Shown: positions 9,567 to 18,188 of the stretch, in pieces
How the letters are laid out: every line of letters begins with the position of its first letter
Numbering within the stretch: the stretch's first letter is position 1
Assembly: GCA_035280285.1 (NCBI GenBank)
Contig: DATEGC010000077.1
Location: 1,027-65,026 of the forward strand
Origin: Candidatus Dormiibacterota bacterium
GTDB taxonomy: Bacteria; Chloroflexota; Dormibacteria; Dormibacterales; Dormibacteraceae
Direction: 5' to 3'
DNA length: 64,000 nucleotides
The notes under the pieces: model-generated
Seen by the model: the letters and a program-made list of their open reading frames with translations, nothing else
Told to the model about the DNA's origin: nothing
Database searches by the model: none
Position numbers and translations under genes: made by a program

Positions 9567-10217
9567 GTGAAACTGGTCGCAGAGTCGTTCGCGTGGCCTT
9601 TTCGCACGCGGGGGCGGTCCAGTTGGGCGCTGGGCCTGATCGCGGTCCTCCTTCTGCCCCTGCTGTTCATCCCATTGCTCGGGTACGCCGTCGCCGCGAC
9701 GCGAGCCGCGGAGGACGATCCCTCGGCCGGACCGCCACCGTGGCACCTCGGCCTGAGACTACTGTCGGACGGAGTCTGGACCTCAATCGCCGTTCTTGTC
9801 ATGGTCCTACCGTTCGCGCTGTTGCTCAACCCGCTCGCCGGCTTGTTGCGCAGCACATCGCTCCAGGAGCCTTACGCGCATGTGGTTGCGCTTTTCATCC
9901 TCGCCCTTCCGTGGGGAGTGGTCGCATTGCTGCACATGCCGCACGCAACTGCGCGGTTTGCCGCCGGCGGCCGACCGAGCGACCTCATCGATGTCCGCGC
10001 ATCACTGCGCGGGGTGCGCCAGGACTTCGTGACCTGGAATGTGGCCGCCGCCGCGATCGTCACCGGTTGGGCCGTCGGGCTCGCGTGCGTCGGTTTGGTC
10101 TGCGTCGGAATCGTGCCCGGCATCTTCTACGCCATCCTTGTGAGCGCACATGCCTCCGCGACGCTCCACCACCCGGATTCGCGTCCACCCGCTGGGCGAC
10201 ACCGCGCTCCTCGCTGA
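9567..10217 (+). CDS. integral membrane protein (DUF4013-like)
   Basis: 216 aa with 4-5 hydrophobic segments; pattern WPF..R....W..G (WPFRTRGRSSWALG) resembles DUF4013. Confidence 0.55.
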   Translation: MKLVAESFAWPFRTRGRSSWALGLIAVLLLPLLFIPLLGYAVAATRAAEDDPSAGPPPWHLGLRLLSDGVWTSIAVLVMVLPFALLLNPLAGLLRSTSLQEPYAHVVALFILALPWGVVALLHMPHATARFAAGGRPSDLIDVRASLRGVRQDFVTWNVAAAAIVTGWAVGLACVGLVCVGIVPGIFYAILVSAHASATLHHPDSRPPAGRHRAPR

Positions 10218-10806
10218 GCTCGGCTCGCGTCTCGACACCGCTGTCAACACCCGCGCGATCGCCCTCGCTGCCGCGCTCAAGAAGAGGCGCGGCGTGCGCC
10301 AGGCGGTGGCGGGGGCGGCCAGCGTCACAGTGCAGTTCGACCCCGACCAGATCACGCACGACCTGCTCGCGGCGTCGATTCGCCGCCTCGCCACCAAGCG
10401 TCCACCGATGGAAGAACCTGGGCGCCTGCATCGCATCCCTGTCGTGTATGACGGGCCCGATCTCGAAGCCGTCGCGTCGGCGCTTCACCTCTCGTCGGAG
10501 CGGGTGAAGGACCTTCACTGCCGCCCGATCTACCGCGTGTTCCTCGTCGGTTTCGTGCCCGGATGGGCGTATCTAGGTCTGCTGCCGGATGAGCTCGTCC
10601 TGCCGCGGCGAGCAGTTCCTCGCACACAGCTGCCTGCCGGTTCGGTAGCCATCGCCGGCCAGATGACGGGCATCTATCCGCTGGCGACGCCCGGAGGATG
10701 GCACCTCATCGGGCGCACGTCGGTGAAGCTCTTCGTGCCGGATTCCGACCCGCCTGCCCTCTTTCGCGCGGGCGACCGGGTGAAGTTCTTTCCGATCAGA
10801 GAATGA
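10150..10806 (+). CDS. pxpB: 5-oxoprolinase subunit B (allophanate hydrolase subunit 1 / KipI family)
   Basis: IRVHPLGDTALLAEL N-terminus, YRVFLVGFVPGWAYLG, IAGQMTGIYPLATPGGWHLIGRT are family hallmarks; ATGA overlap with pxpC. Confidence 0.85.
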   Translation: MPPRRSTTRIRVHPLGDTALLAELGSRLDTAVNTRAIALAAALKKRRGVRQAVAGAASVTVQFDPDQITHDLLAASIRRLATKRPPMEEPGRLHRIPVVYDGPDLEAVASALHLSSERVKDLHCRPIYRVFLVGFVPGWAYLGLLPDELVLPRRAVPRTQLPAGSVAIAGQMTGIYPLATPGGWHLIGRTSVKLFVPDSDPPALFRAGDRVKFFPIRE

Positions 10807-11729
10807 CCGCAGCGCTTCGGGTCAAGGACCGCCCTGGCCTGTTCACCACCATCCAGGACCTGGGCCGGCCGCATGCGATCACGTCTGGCGTGCCGCCTGG
10901 CGGCGCGATGGACCGGTTTGCACATTCGGCGGCGAATCTGATCGTCGGCAATGAGCGGGGCGCCGCCTCGCTCGAATGCACGCTCACGGGGCCTGCGCTT
11001 CTTGCCGAGAGCGACTGCGTGATCGCGATCACGGGGGCGGATTTCGACCCCCACCTGAACGGCGCGCCGGCTCCCATGTGGACGCCGATCGAGCTTCACG
11101 CCGGGGACCAGATGGCGTTCGGCGGCCGGCGAAGGGGCGCGCGCGCGTACATCGCGGTGGCCGGCGGAATCATCGGTGATCGCTGGCTCGGGTCGATGTC
11201 GACCTACGTGCTGGCCGGCCGGGGCGGGATGCACGGCCGGGCCCTGGTCGCGGGGGACCTGATCTCGTGCGGCGAACCCTATGGCTCGCCTGTCGCCGGC
11301 CGCCCCATCGCTCTGTCCCTTTACGACGGCCACACCCTGAAGGTCATCGACGGGCCGCACATCGATCGCCTTCCGCCTCCGGCTCGTGGATCACTCCTGA
11401 GCTCCGTCCTTCACGTCACCCCGAAATCGGACCGCATGGGCTACCGGCTCGAAGGCCCGTCACTGGAGACGGCCGGCGAAGAGCTGCTGTCCTTCGGCCT
11501 GGTCGCGGGGGCGGTGCAGCTGCCTCCCGGTGGGCAGCCGATCTTGCTTATGGCAGATCACCAGACCGCCGGCGGCTACCCCGTCGTAATAAACGTGGTC
11601 AGCGCCTCGATGCCGGTCGCGGCCCAGCTGGCGCCGGGCGACGAGCTGCGTTTCGAGTCGACGACGATCGCGGCCGCCCTCGAGGCACGCACTGCTCAGC
11701 GGGCGGCACTCGAATCCTTGACCAGCTGA
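10803..11729 (+). CDS. pxpC: 5-oxoprolinase subunit C (allophanate hydrolase subunit 2 / KipA family)
   Basis: Start set at ATG 10803 (MTAALRVKDRPGLFTTIQDLGRP); SDRMGYRLEG and TAGGYPVV motifs. Confidence 0.85.
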   Translation: MTAALRVKDRPGLFTTIQDLGRPHAITSGVPPGGAMDRFAHSAANLIVGNERGAASLECTLTGPALLAESDCVIAITGADFDPHLNGAPAPMWTPIELHAGDQMAFGGRRRGARAYIAVAGGIIGDRWLGSMSTYVLAGRGGMHGRALVAGDLISCGEPYGSPVAGRPIALSLYDGHTLKVIDGPHIDRLPPPARGSLLSSVLHVTPKSDRMGYRLEGPSLETAGEELLSFGLVAGAVQLPPGGQPILLMADHQTAGGYPVVINVVSASMPVAAQLAPGDELRFESTTIAAALEARTAQRAALESLTS

Positions 11730-12199
11730 TTGATCCACTCGATGTGCTCGGCGTAATGGTCGTACGTGTTGCCGGCCACCCAGTCGACCACAGGCCGGTC
11801 GTCCGTCTCGCTGCGCGGGTCGCGCGGCTGGTAGTGGTTGTACGGAAGCTGCAGCTCGGCGTCGCTCATCCTGCCGAGCAAGTGCATGAGCGCCGCATGC
11901 GCATCCCGGAAATACGCCAGCGCCTGCTCCGGAGTCTTGTCACGGTGCAGCGCCCATACCGCATCGTTGAGGGCGTCAGTCTCCTCGTCGACACCCGGAA
12001 CTCCCATCGCGGAGCGCCTGTCGCTGCCGTCCAGAAGGGCGAGGAGCGAGTGCTCCCACGCGCCGATGTGAACGAGGTGATCCTTGACCGCCCATCCGTC
12101 TGGCCCCGATATGGACAGCCCGTGCGGGCCGAGCGAATCGACGAGAGCGTTGAGCTCGGCCCAGCCCTTCTCGATTGGCGCGACGACGCTGTTCAACAC
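11696..12199 (-). CDS. ClbS/DfsB-family (DinB-like) four-helix-bundle protein
   Basis: Start set at GTG 12199, preceded by a GGGGGGAG SD one nt after the peroxiredoxin stop. GWAVKDHLVHIGAWEH and NTYDHYAEHIEWI motifs. Confidence 0.75.
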   Translation of the reverse strand: MLNSVVAPIEKGWAELNALVDSLGPHGLSISGPDGWAVKDHLVHIGAWEHSLLALLDGSDRRSAMGVPGVDEETDALNDAVWALHRDKTPEQALAYFRDAHAALMHLLGRMSDAELQLPYNHYQPRDPRSETDDRPVVDWVAGNTYDHYAEHIEWINQLVKDSSAAR

Positions 12200-12200
12200 T

Positions 12201-12683
12201 TCACTCCCCCCTGGCAATCCGCTTCGCCTCTTCGACCACGGCGTCGTAATCGGGCTGCGGCTTCTCGCGCGAGGTGATCCACGTCCACCGGATAACACCG
12301 TTCGAATCAATGATGAAGATCGTGCGGCGGGCCATCCCCGAGTAACCGGGAACGTCGTCGCGACGAACCCCATAGTCGGTCACCATCTTCCGCTCGAAAT
12401 CTCCGATCAGGTCGAACGGGAGTCCGCCCAGCTCTTTGGCGAATGCCTGGTGCGAGAAGACCGAATCGACGCTGATGCCGTAGATGCCGACGCCGTTGGC
12501 AAGCGCGTCGTCGTTCCGTGACCGAAACTCGGTCAGCTCCATCCTTCAACCACCGGTGAAATCGAGGACGTAGAACAGGAAGACGAGGGCGCGGTACTTC
12601 TGGAGGGCGCTCTCCAGAGTCAGCTCCTCTCCGCTCGTGGTCGGCAGCTTGAACTCGGGGGCCTTGTCCCCCACCTGCAGCAC
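12201..12683 (-). CDS. peroxiredoxin (AhpC/TSA, BCP/PrxQ-like) with in-frame TGA at the peroxidatic Cys position; candidate selenoprotein
   Basis: GTG 12683: MLQVGDKAPEFKLPTTSGEELTLESALQKYRALVFLFYVLDFTGG-[TGA 12548..12546]-RMELTEF...ARRTIFIIDSNGVIRW. One frame throughout. The T-x-x-(C/U) motif is intact, and there is no other Cys in the protein. Confidence 0.7.
12519..12535 (-). promoter_or_regulatory. putative bacterial SECIS hairpin
   Basis: UGACCG-AGUUU-CGGUCA begins 11 nt after the UGA; the apical loop, with G in second position, starts 19 nt after the U of the UGA. Confidence 0.4.
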
Positions 12684-12708
12684 GCGAAGAGTCTATTTCT
12701 TCCCTTGC

Positions 12709-13512
12709 CTACTGTTTCTCCAGGATGTACCACCCGGAGCGCGTCGCGCCGGTGATCGCGTAATCGTTCGCGAGTGATCCGCCCAGAGCGCGCCGCAGCG
12801 CGAGGCGCCACTCGTGCGCAAGCCGGGGCTTAGTGCTGCGGAGCCCGACAATGTCGTCAGGCACCTGACATATAAGGACGCGAGCCGTCGAGTCCTCCTG
12901 CACTGGCTCACCCTCGGGGCCGACGGAAAGGATCGCATCGCTCCCCCAATCGCGCAGCTTGTCGGCGTCTGGCTCGGCGAGTTCCCCGGCCGCGGCAGCC
13001 ACCGCGCGATGCGAATCGAGTCGCCATCGAATCAGGAGGCGGTCGGACTCGTCGCCTGTGTTGATGCCGTCGCGCATCTCGCCATAAAAGTCGACCAGGT
13101 ACTCCGGCGCTTCGGCTCCGAGCTTGGTCAGGTTGAAGTACGCGTTGCGCCGGACCAGGGGGTCAGTCGTCCATTCCATGACCTTCACGTCGCGCGCCAG
13201 GCACCAGCGGCGCTGGTGCTGCTTGAGGTCGAAACCAATGCCTCGCGCATCGCTGCCTGGCAGCACTCCCAGGATGTGGGAGTGCATGTGAAGCTCATGT
13301 GGCGGCGCTCCGCCGAGCCAGCCGACGAGTCCACCGATCATGCGGCCCTCCACGAACGCGCCGGCGAGGTAGTTGCCCGAGTGCGCGAGCGCCTTGAGGA
13401 TGTCCGAGCTGATGGGCGGCTCGTCAACCGGCCGTCCCCAGACCACGGCGAACAGCTCCGCCATCCGGCGCACGTCGTCCAGCTCGCTCAGCTCTGCGAT
13501 TTCGGCCTTCAC
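12709..13512 (-). CDS. GNAT-like acetyltransferase-fold protein (COG3375-like)
   Basis: Conserved part starts at VKAEIAELSELDDVRRMAELFAVVWG. HILGVLPGSDARGIGFDLKQHQR and MEWTTDPLVRRNAYFNLTKLG resemble this family. The ORF-track N-terminal extension overlaps pxpA and was rejected; start uncertain (GTG 13512 or ATG 13464). Confidence 0.6.
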   Translation of the reverse strand: MKAEIAELSELDDVRRMAELFAVVWGRPVDEPPISSDILKALAHSGNYLAGAFVEGRMIGGLVGWLGGAPPHELHMHSHILGVLPGSDARGIGFDLKQHQRRWCLARDVKVMEWTTDPLVRRNAYFNLTKLGAEAPEYLVDFYGEMRDGINTGDESDRLLIRWRLDSHRAVAAAAGELAEPDADKLRDWGSDAILSVGPEGEPVQEDSTARVLICQVPDDIVGLRSTKPRLAHEWRLALRRALGGSLANDYAITGATRSGWYILEKQ

Positions 13513-13639
13513 GCGAAGCCCAGGCGCCCGCCTGTCATGAGCGAGGCACCCTGCACGACAAGCCAGCGGCCGGTCAGGCGCGCCGCGCCGACCAGCACGG
13601 GCGTGGACACCAGCTTCAGGGCGAGCGCGCCGGTCGCGC

Positions 13640-14317
13640 TCACCGGACGAGTGGTGCCGTCTCGATCCCGGCGTCGCGGAGCGCCGCGCGCACGGCGGCC
13701 GCCAACTGGCCGGCGCCTTTCGTGTCGCCGTGAACGCAGATCGTGTCGTACCGCCCTGACCGCGCGAGCGCCACCGCCTGCTCAGCGGCCACGGGAGCGG
13801 TGAGAATCGCGCCTGCCTGGCCGCGCGGAGCAAGGCTGCCATCGGGCAGCATCAGGCGGTCGGCGAAGCCTTCCCGGTAGGCGGGGATGCCGGCCCGACC
13901 GGCCGCCGCCTCGATCTCGAACCCCGGCTGGCCCACCACTCCGACGCCATGGGCGCTGGCGACTCGCGCGAGAGCATCAGCCGCGCCGGGATCGCGCTGA
14001 CAGCGGTGATAGAGAGCTCCATGCGGCTTGACATAAGCGATGGGAACGACGGCCGCGAGCCCGGCGATCTGGAAGGCGATCAGCGCCTCGATCTCGTCGG
14101 GACCGATCGACCTGTCGACGCGACCGAAACCTGCGCGGTCGTCATAGCCGGGGTGCCCGCCAACCTCGATCCCCAGCTTGCGACACCGCCACGCGGTCGC
14201 GATCGTGATCGACGCCGACCCCGCGTGGACGGCGCACGCAACGTTCGCGCTGTCGACACTCGCGAGGATCGCCTCGTCCTCATCGGCTCCCTCGCCGATG
14301 TCGGCGTTGACGTTCAT
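13640..14317 (-). CDS. pxpA: 5-oxoprolinase subunit A (LamB/YcsF family)
   Basis: Start set at ATG 14317 (MNVNADIGEG); ACAVHAGSA and VKPHGALY motifs. Confidence 0.85.
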   Translation of the reverse strand: MNVNADIGEGADEDEAILASVDSANVACAVHAGSASITIATAWRCRKLGIEVGGHPGYDDRAGFGRVDRSIGPDEIEALIAFQIAGLAAVVPIAYVKPHGALYHRCQRDPGAADALARVASAHGVGVVGQPGFEIEAAAGRAGIPAYREGFADRLMLPDGSLAPRGQAGAILTAPVAAEQAVALARSGRYDTICVHGDTKGAGQLAAAVRAALRDAGIETAPLVR

Positions 14318-14363
14318 TAGCAACCTGGACTTGCTGACCAGATCGTCACCGGTGAGGCCAGGT

Positions 14364-14855
14364 TCAATGGCCGGTGTGGCCGTGCAGCAGTTCGGTCGCA
14401 TGCTCCAGGACGGGCAGCACCGCTTCAAGAGATTCAGTCGCACCCTTCATGCTGCCGGGCACGTTGAGGATCAGCGAATGGCCGCGCACGCCGGCGATGC
14501 CACGCGAGAGAGCCGCCATGGGTGTGCTTCCCGAGCCGGTGCGCCGCATCAACTCTCCGATGCCGGGCACCTCGTAGTCGATCAGCATGGCCGTCGCCTG
14601 CGGCGTGACGTCGCGCGGCCCGAGGCCTGTTCCGCCGGTGGTCACGATCAGGTCGGCCCCGGCCACGACCGCGGCGACGATCGCATCGCAAATTCGTTCC
14701 TGCTTGTCGGGCACGACCTCTGGCCCGGAGACATCGAAGCTCGCGTTGACGAGCAGGTTCTGCAGCGCCGGCCCGCTCACATCGTCACGTGTCCCTGCCG
14801 AGACTCCGTCGCTGACTGTGATCACGTGTGCCCGGCGAGTCACTCCCGCTTCCAT
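14364..14855 (-). CDS. MogA/MoaB-family molybdenum cofactor biosynthesis protein
   Basis: 163 aa; VITVSDG and [17 protein letters not shown] motifs; overlaps the moaC stop. Confidence 0.85.
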   Translation of the reverse strand: MEAGVTRRAHVITVSDGVSAGTRDDVSGPALQNLLVNASFDVSGPEVVPDKQERICDAIVAAVVAGADLIVTTGGTGLGPRDVTPQATAMLIDYEVPGIGELMRRTGSGSTPMAALSRGIAGVRGHSLILNVPGSMKGATESLEAVLPVLEHATELLHGHTGH

Positions 14856-15310
14856 GTCCCTGAGCGGCCGCCCGATTTCTCGAGCAGACGGACCGCTTCG
14901 ATGTAGACGCCGCGCTCGACGCTTTTAGTCATGTCGATCAGCGTGAGACCCGCGACCGCGGCGGCCGTCAGGGCTTCCATCTCGACTCCGGTCTGGCCCA
15001 CGACCCGAGCCCTGGTGAGCACGCGTATGCCGCCGTCCACGAACTCGAAATCGACCGTGACGCTTGTCAGGGGCAGGGGATGAGCCAGCGGAATCAGCTC
15101 CGGCGTGCGCTTTGCGGCCATGATCCCGGCCACGCGGGCGACCTGTAGAGCGTCGCCTTTTGCAGTTCCCCCACGAACCGCGCGCACTGTCTCCGGCGAC
15201 ATGCGCACGAAGCATTCGGCGGTCGCTTCCCGCACAGTGGCGAGCTTGTCCGCGACGTCGACCATGCGCGCTGCACCCTTGTCGTCGAGGTGCGTTAGGC
15301 GCTTCGCCAT
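14840..15310 (-). CDS. moaC: cyclic pyranopterin monophosphate synthase
   Basis: [53 protein letters not shown] are all MoaC hallmarks. Confidence 0.9.
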   Translation of the reverse strand: MAKRLTHLDDKGAARMVDVADKLATVREATAECFVRMSPETVRAVRGGTAKGDALQVARVAGIMAAKRTPELIPLAHPLPLTSVTVDFEFVDGGIRVLTRARVVGQTGVEMEALTAAAVAGLTLIDMTKSVERGVYIEAVRLLEKSGGRSGTWKRE

Positions 15311-15323
15311 GGAGCATCAGGAT

Positions 15324-16037
15324 ATGCGCATGCCCCGCACAGACGGTGTGCTGTTCGATTACGGCCGCACGCTGGTCACGTTCACCTACCCGACGCGGGA
15401 GCTGCTTCAGGTCCTCCATGACTTCCGGCCGCGTATCGAGGCGGCTCTCGGAGTTCCGGCGCCTGAGGCCGAGACCATCCTCCACGAGGTACTGATGCCG
15501 CTCGAGGAGTACATCGACACCATGAGCGAGGACGAGGTCGACTACATGAACGTCTATCGCGACACGTGGCAGCGGGCGGGCATGAAGCTGCCCGACAGGC
15601 TCCTGCACGAGATCCTCGACGCCGAGCAGCAGTGCTGGGACCGCGCGGTGGAGATCGACCCCGATGCGTTCGAGGTGCTGGGTTCGATAGGCGCGCGCGG
15701 GATCATGCGTGGCGTGTGCTCGAACGCGCCCTTTCCGCCGGCGATGATGCGGCGCCAGGTAGAGCGCAACGGCATCGCCACCCGCGTCGACGCGGTCGTT
15801 TTCTCGAGCGAGGTCGGCCGTCGCAAGCCGGCACCGGAGCTGTACCAGGCCGCGCTCGACGCCATCGGCACCCGGCCGCAGCGCACCCTGTTCGTCGGCG
15901 ACCGTGTGCGTGAGGATTACGAGGGCCCGCGCGCGATCGGCATGCGTGCGGTGATCGTCATCGCACACGCCGAGGACGAGCCGCGCAACGGAGTACCGAC
16001 GATCGCTACGCTCGCCGAGCTTCCAGCGCTGCTGTGA
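15324..16037 (+). CDS. HAD-superfamily hydrolase (haloacid dehalogenase-like)
   Basis: LFDYGRTLV motif I variant, CSNAP motif II, FVGDRVREDYEG motif IV. Start ambiguous among ATG 15309, 15324 (GGAG 9 nt upstream) and 15330. Confidence 0.7.
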   Translation: MRMPRTDGVLFDYGRTLVTFTYPTRELLQVLHDFRPRIEAALGVPAPEAETILHEVLMPLEEYIDTMSEDEVDYMNVYRDTWQRAGMKLPDRLLHEILDAEQQCWDRAVEIDPDAFEVLGSIGARGIMRGVCSNAPFPPAMMRRQVERNGIATRVDAVVFSSEVGRRKPAPELYQAALDAIGTRPQRTLFVGDRVREDYEGPRAIGMRAVIVIAHAEDEPRNGVPTIATLAELPALL

Positions 16038-16288
16038 AGGAGCCCCAGAACGAGCCCAAGAAGAGACCGGGCTTTTTCTGGCTTCTGTTCTACGGCCGCC
16101 CACGGCGCGGCTTTCCATGGCTGCTGGGATACGTCCTGGCAGCGGTCCTGGCGTTTTCGGTCGTCTTCGCGATCCCAGGAGCCGCGGATGCCGCGCGAGC
16201 AATCGCACCCTGGTTGCTCCTCTTGGCGATGGGTTTCGCGCTTGCGTTTGCGGTTTTTGCCGTGGTGAGGCCGCGCCGCCGGCCCTGA
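16034..16288 (+). CDS. small membrane protein (84 aa, two predicted TM helices)
   Basis: GTGA overlap with the HAD gene stop; two clear hydrophobic helices; G/C-rich third positions. Overlaps the 3' tail of larB antisense, so it may be real or a shadow. Confidence 0.4.
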   Translation: MKEPQNEPKKRPGFFWLLFYGRPRRGFPWLLGYVLAAVLAFSVVFAIPGAADAARAIAPWLLLLAMGFALAFAVFAVVRPRRRP

Positions 16289-17043
16289 GCCGCCCGCGCC
16301 GCGATCAAGACTGCCGCCGCCCCCGCACCGACTCCGTTGTCGATGTTGACGACGACCAGGCCGGTCGAGCACGACTGGAGCATCGTCGTCAGCGCCGCCT
16401 CGCCCGCGCCTCCGCGTCCATAGCCGGTCGATACCGGTAGGCCGATCACCGGAATGTCGATCAAACCCGCAACCAGCCCGGGCAGCACGCCGTCCATCCC
16501 CGCCGCGACGACAAGGGCGTCAGCGCCCCATTCGAGCACCGCCGCCAGCGGACCGACGAACCGGTGCAGGCCTGCGACTCCGAGGTCCGCATCTAGCCGC
16601 GACTCGATTCCGCACGCCTCGACCACCATGCGCGCCTCGTCGGCGACCGGGATGTCGGAGGTGCCGGCGGTGAGGATGGCGACCCTGGCACCGACGAGTT
16701 CAGCTGAGAACCCCTCGCGCAGCACGCGCGCCGAGGCGTGATAGGGGATGACGCTCATTCCTGCCCCATCGGCCGCTTCTCGGAGCGCCGACTCATGCGC
16801 CTCGGTCAAGCGGCTGGCCAGCCCCTGCCCGTGACGGTCGGCCATGGCGAGCACCAGGCGCGAGGTCTCGCGGGGTGACTTGCCGGCAGCCAGGATCACT
16901 TCTGGAATGCCGCGGCGAAGGTACCGCCCCAGATCGAGGCGCGCCCGCCCGCCGAGCTCGTCCAGCTGCATTCGCCGCAGCTCGGCGATGGCTTGGTCCT
17001 CACTAAGCTCGCCGGCGACCAGCCGACGCAGCAGGTCTCTCAA
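16090..17043 (-). CDS. larB: nickel-pincer cofactor biosynthesis protein LarB (PurE-like)
   Basis: Start TTG 17043 overlaps the stop of the upstream gene (TTGA). LDLGRYLRRGIPEVILAAGKS, ILTAGTSDIPVADEA and VVAAGMDGVLPGLVAG motifs. Carries a roughly 70-aa low-complexity C-terminal tail beyond the usual family end. Confidence 0.75.
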   Translation of the reverse strand: MRDLLRRLVAGELSEDQAIAELRRMQLDELGGRARLDLGRYLRRGIPEVILAAGKSPRETSRLVLAMADRHGQGLASRLTEAHESALREAADGAGMSVIPYHASARVLREGFSAELVGARVAILTAGTSDIPVADEARMVVEACGIESRLDADLGVAGLHRFVGPLAAVLEWGADALVVAAGMDGVLPGLVAGLIDIPVIGLPVSTGYGRGGAGEAALTTMLQSCSTGLVVVNIDNGVGAGAAAVLIAARAAQGRRRGLTTAKTANASAKPIAKRSNQGAIARAASAAPGIAKTTENARTAARTYPSSHGKPRRGRP

Positions 17044-17501
17044 AGCCCGAGCAGCACTTCGCGCATGCGCTGCCAGTGCGTCCCGGCCCAGTAGATCCGG
17101 CCGCAGTCGGGGCACTCGGAATAACGCGACTGCGTGCGCCGGACGTAGGGCGGCACGCGCTCGGCGACCACCGCAGGCACGCGCGCCTGGAGCTCGGAGT
17201 TGCACTCGATGCACCGCGTCAACGCTTCCTTGAGCTCCAGCCCGAGCTCGGCGAAGACCTGGCGCAGCTGCTCGGTCACTTCGTCGTCGCGGATCAGGAT
17301 TGCGCGCACGACTCCGGTCTGGATCACGCGCCGCTTGGTCAGATCTCGGTCGCGGGTGAGCAGCACCCGGTTCTCGGCCGCGGCCTCGCGAACGAGCTCA
17401 GAATCATCGATCCGCGCGTGGTACGCCGCGTCGTAGCCGAGCGCGCGCAGCCATCGCGCGAGCCGCCCGACGTTGCAGTCGGCGAGAAATCGGGGCCTCA
17501 A
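17040..17501 (-). CDS. Mut7-C RNase domain protein (DUF82, PIN-like plus Zn ribbon)
   Basis: FLADCNVGRLARWLRALGYD N-terminus and C-terminal CIECN...CPDCGRIYWAGTHW zinc ribbon. Confidence 0.75.
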   Translation of the reverse strand: MRPRFLADCNVGRLARWLRALGYDAAYHARIDDSELVREAAAENRVLLTRDRDLTKRRVIQTGVVRAILIRDDEVTEQLRQVFAELGLELKEALTRCIECNSELQARVPAVVAERVPPYVRRTQSRYSECPDCGRIYWAGTHWQRMREVLLGL

Positions 17502-17527
17502 CGAAGCAATCTTAGAATCGGGCTCCA

Positions 17528-17800
17528 GTGACGACCTTCGATGAGTTGATGGCGAAGCTGCGAACTGAGGCGAGTGGCTGCTATTCGTGGTCGAACGGAC
17601 CTGGCGATCGCTACGCGCCGCACAGCCACAACTACGAGAAGGTCCTTTACTGCGTCGAGGGCTCCATCACGTTCGTGCTCGAGAACGAAGGCCGGCTCCT
17701 GGAGCTGAAGCCCGGAGAGCGCATGGTGCTGGCCGCGGCGACCATGCACTCCGCGGTGGTAGGGCCGTCCGGATGCACGTGCATCGAGGGTCACCGCTGA
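17528..17800 (+). CDS. cupin-domain protein
   Basis: 90 aa; HSHNYEKVLYCVEGS and MHSA resemble the cupin metal motifs. Confidence 0.65.
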   Translation: MTTFDELMAKLRTEASGCYSWSNGPGDRYAPHSHNYEKVLYCVEGSITFVLENEGRLLELKPGERMVLAAATMHSAVVGPSGCTCIEGHR

Positions 17801-17842
17801 CTTCGTCTGACCGAGCGTCGCGGCGTAATATGGGTCGCTGCG

Positions 17843-18187
17843 ATGAGCATCATCGAGTTCATCCGCGACCGGGCCCGTTTCTACAACTGCCCGGTCTGTG
17901 GGCGGAGCCTCAAAGGCTGCGACGTCCAGGTCCTCAGTCACGAAGACGAGAGCTTCCGGCTGCAGGTCACGTGCGCCCAGTGCCAGGTGACGTTTATCGT
18001 CGTGCTCGCGATCGCCGGTGGAGCGCTGACCGAGATCGAGGCCGAGGCGGAATCGGCGACTGACCCCGCCGGGTCGGTTGCTGAGCCCATCAGCGTCGAC
18101 GAGATCCTCGACCTCCACCTGTACTTGAAGAGCTTCCAGGGCACCCTCACGGAGCTGATCCACCAACCCGATCCGAGCCGGGGTTAA
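17843..18187 (+). CDS. hypothetical zinc-ribbon protein
   Basis: CPVCG...CAQCQ Cys pairs followed by an acidic tail; no family recognised. Confidence 0.5.
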   Translation: MSIIEFIRDRARFYNCPVCGRSLKGCDVQVLSHEDESFRLQVTCAQCQVTFIVVLAIAGGALTEIEAEAESATDPAGSVAEPISVDEILDLHLYLKSFQGTLTELIHQPDPSRG

Positions 18188-18188
18188 C

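Noticed and set aside
14925-16208. 427-aa minus-strand ORF
   Set aside because: It overlaps moaC in another frame and is antisense to the HAD gene. The composition is low-complexity and Arg-rich with no recognisable domain.
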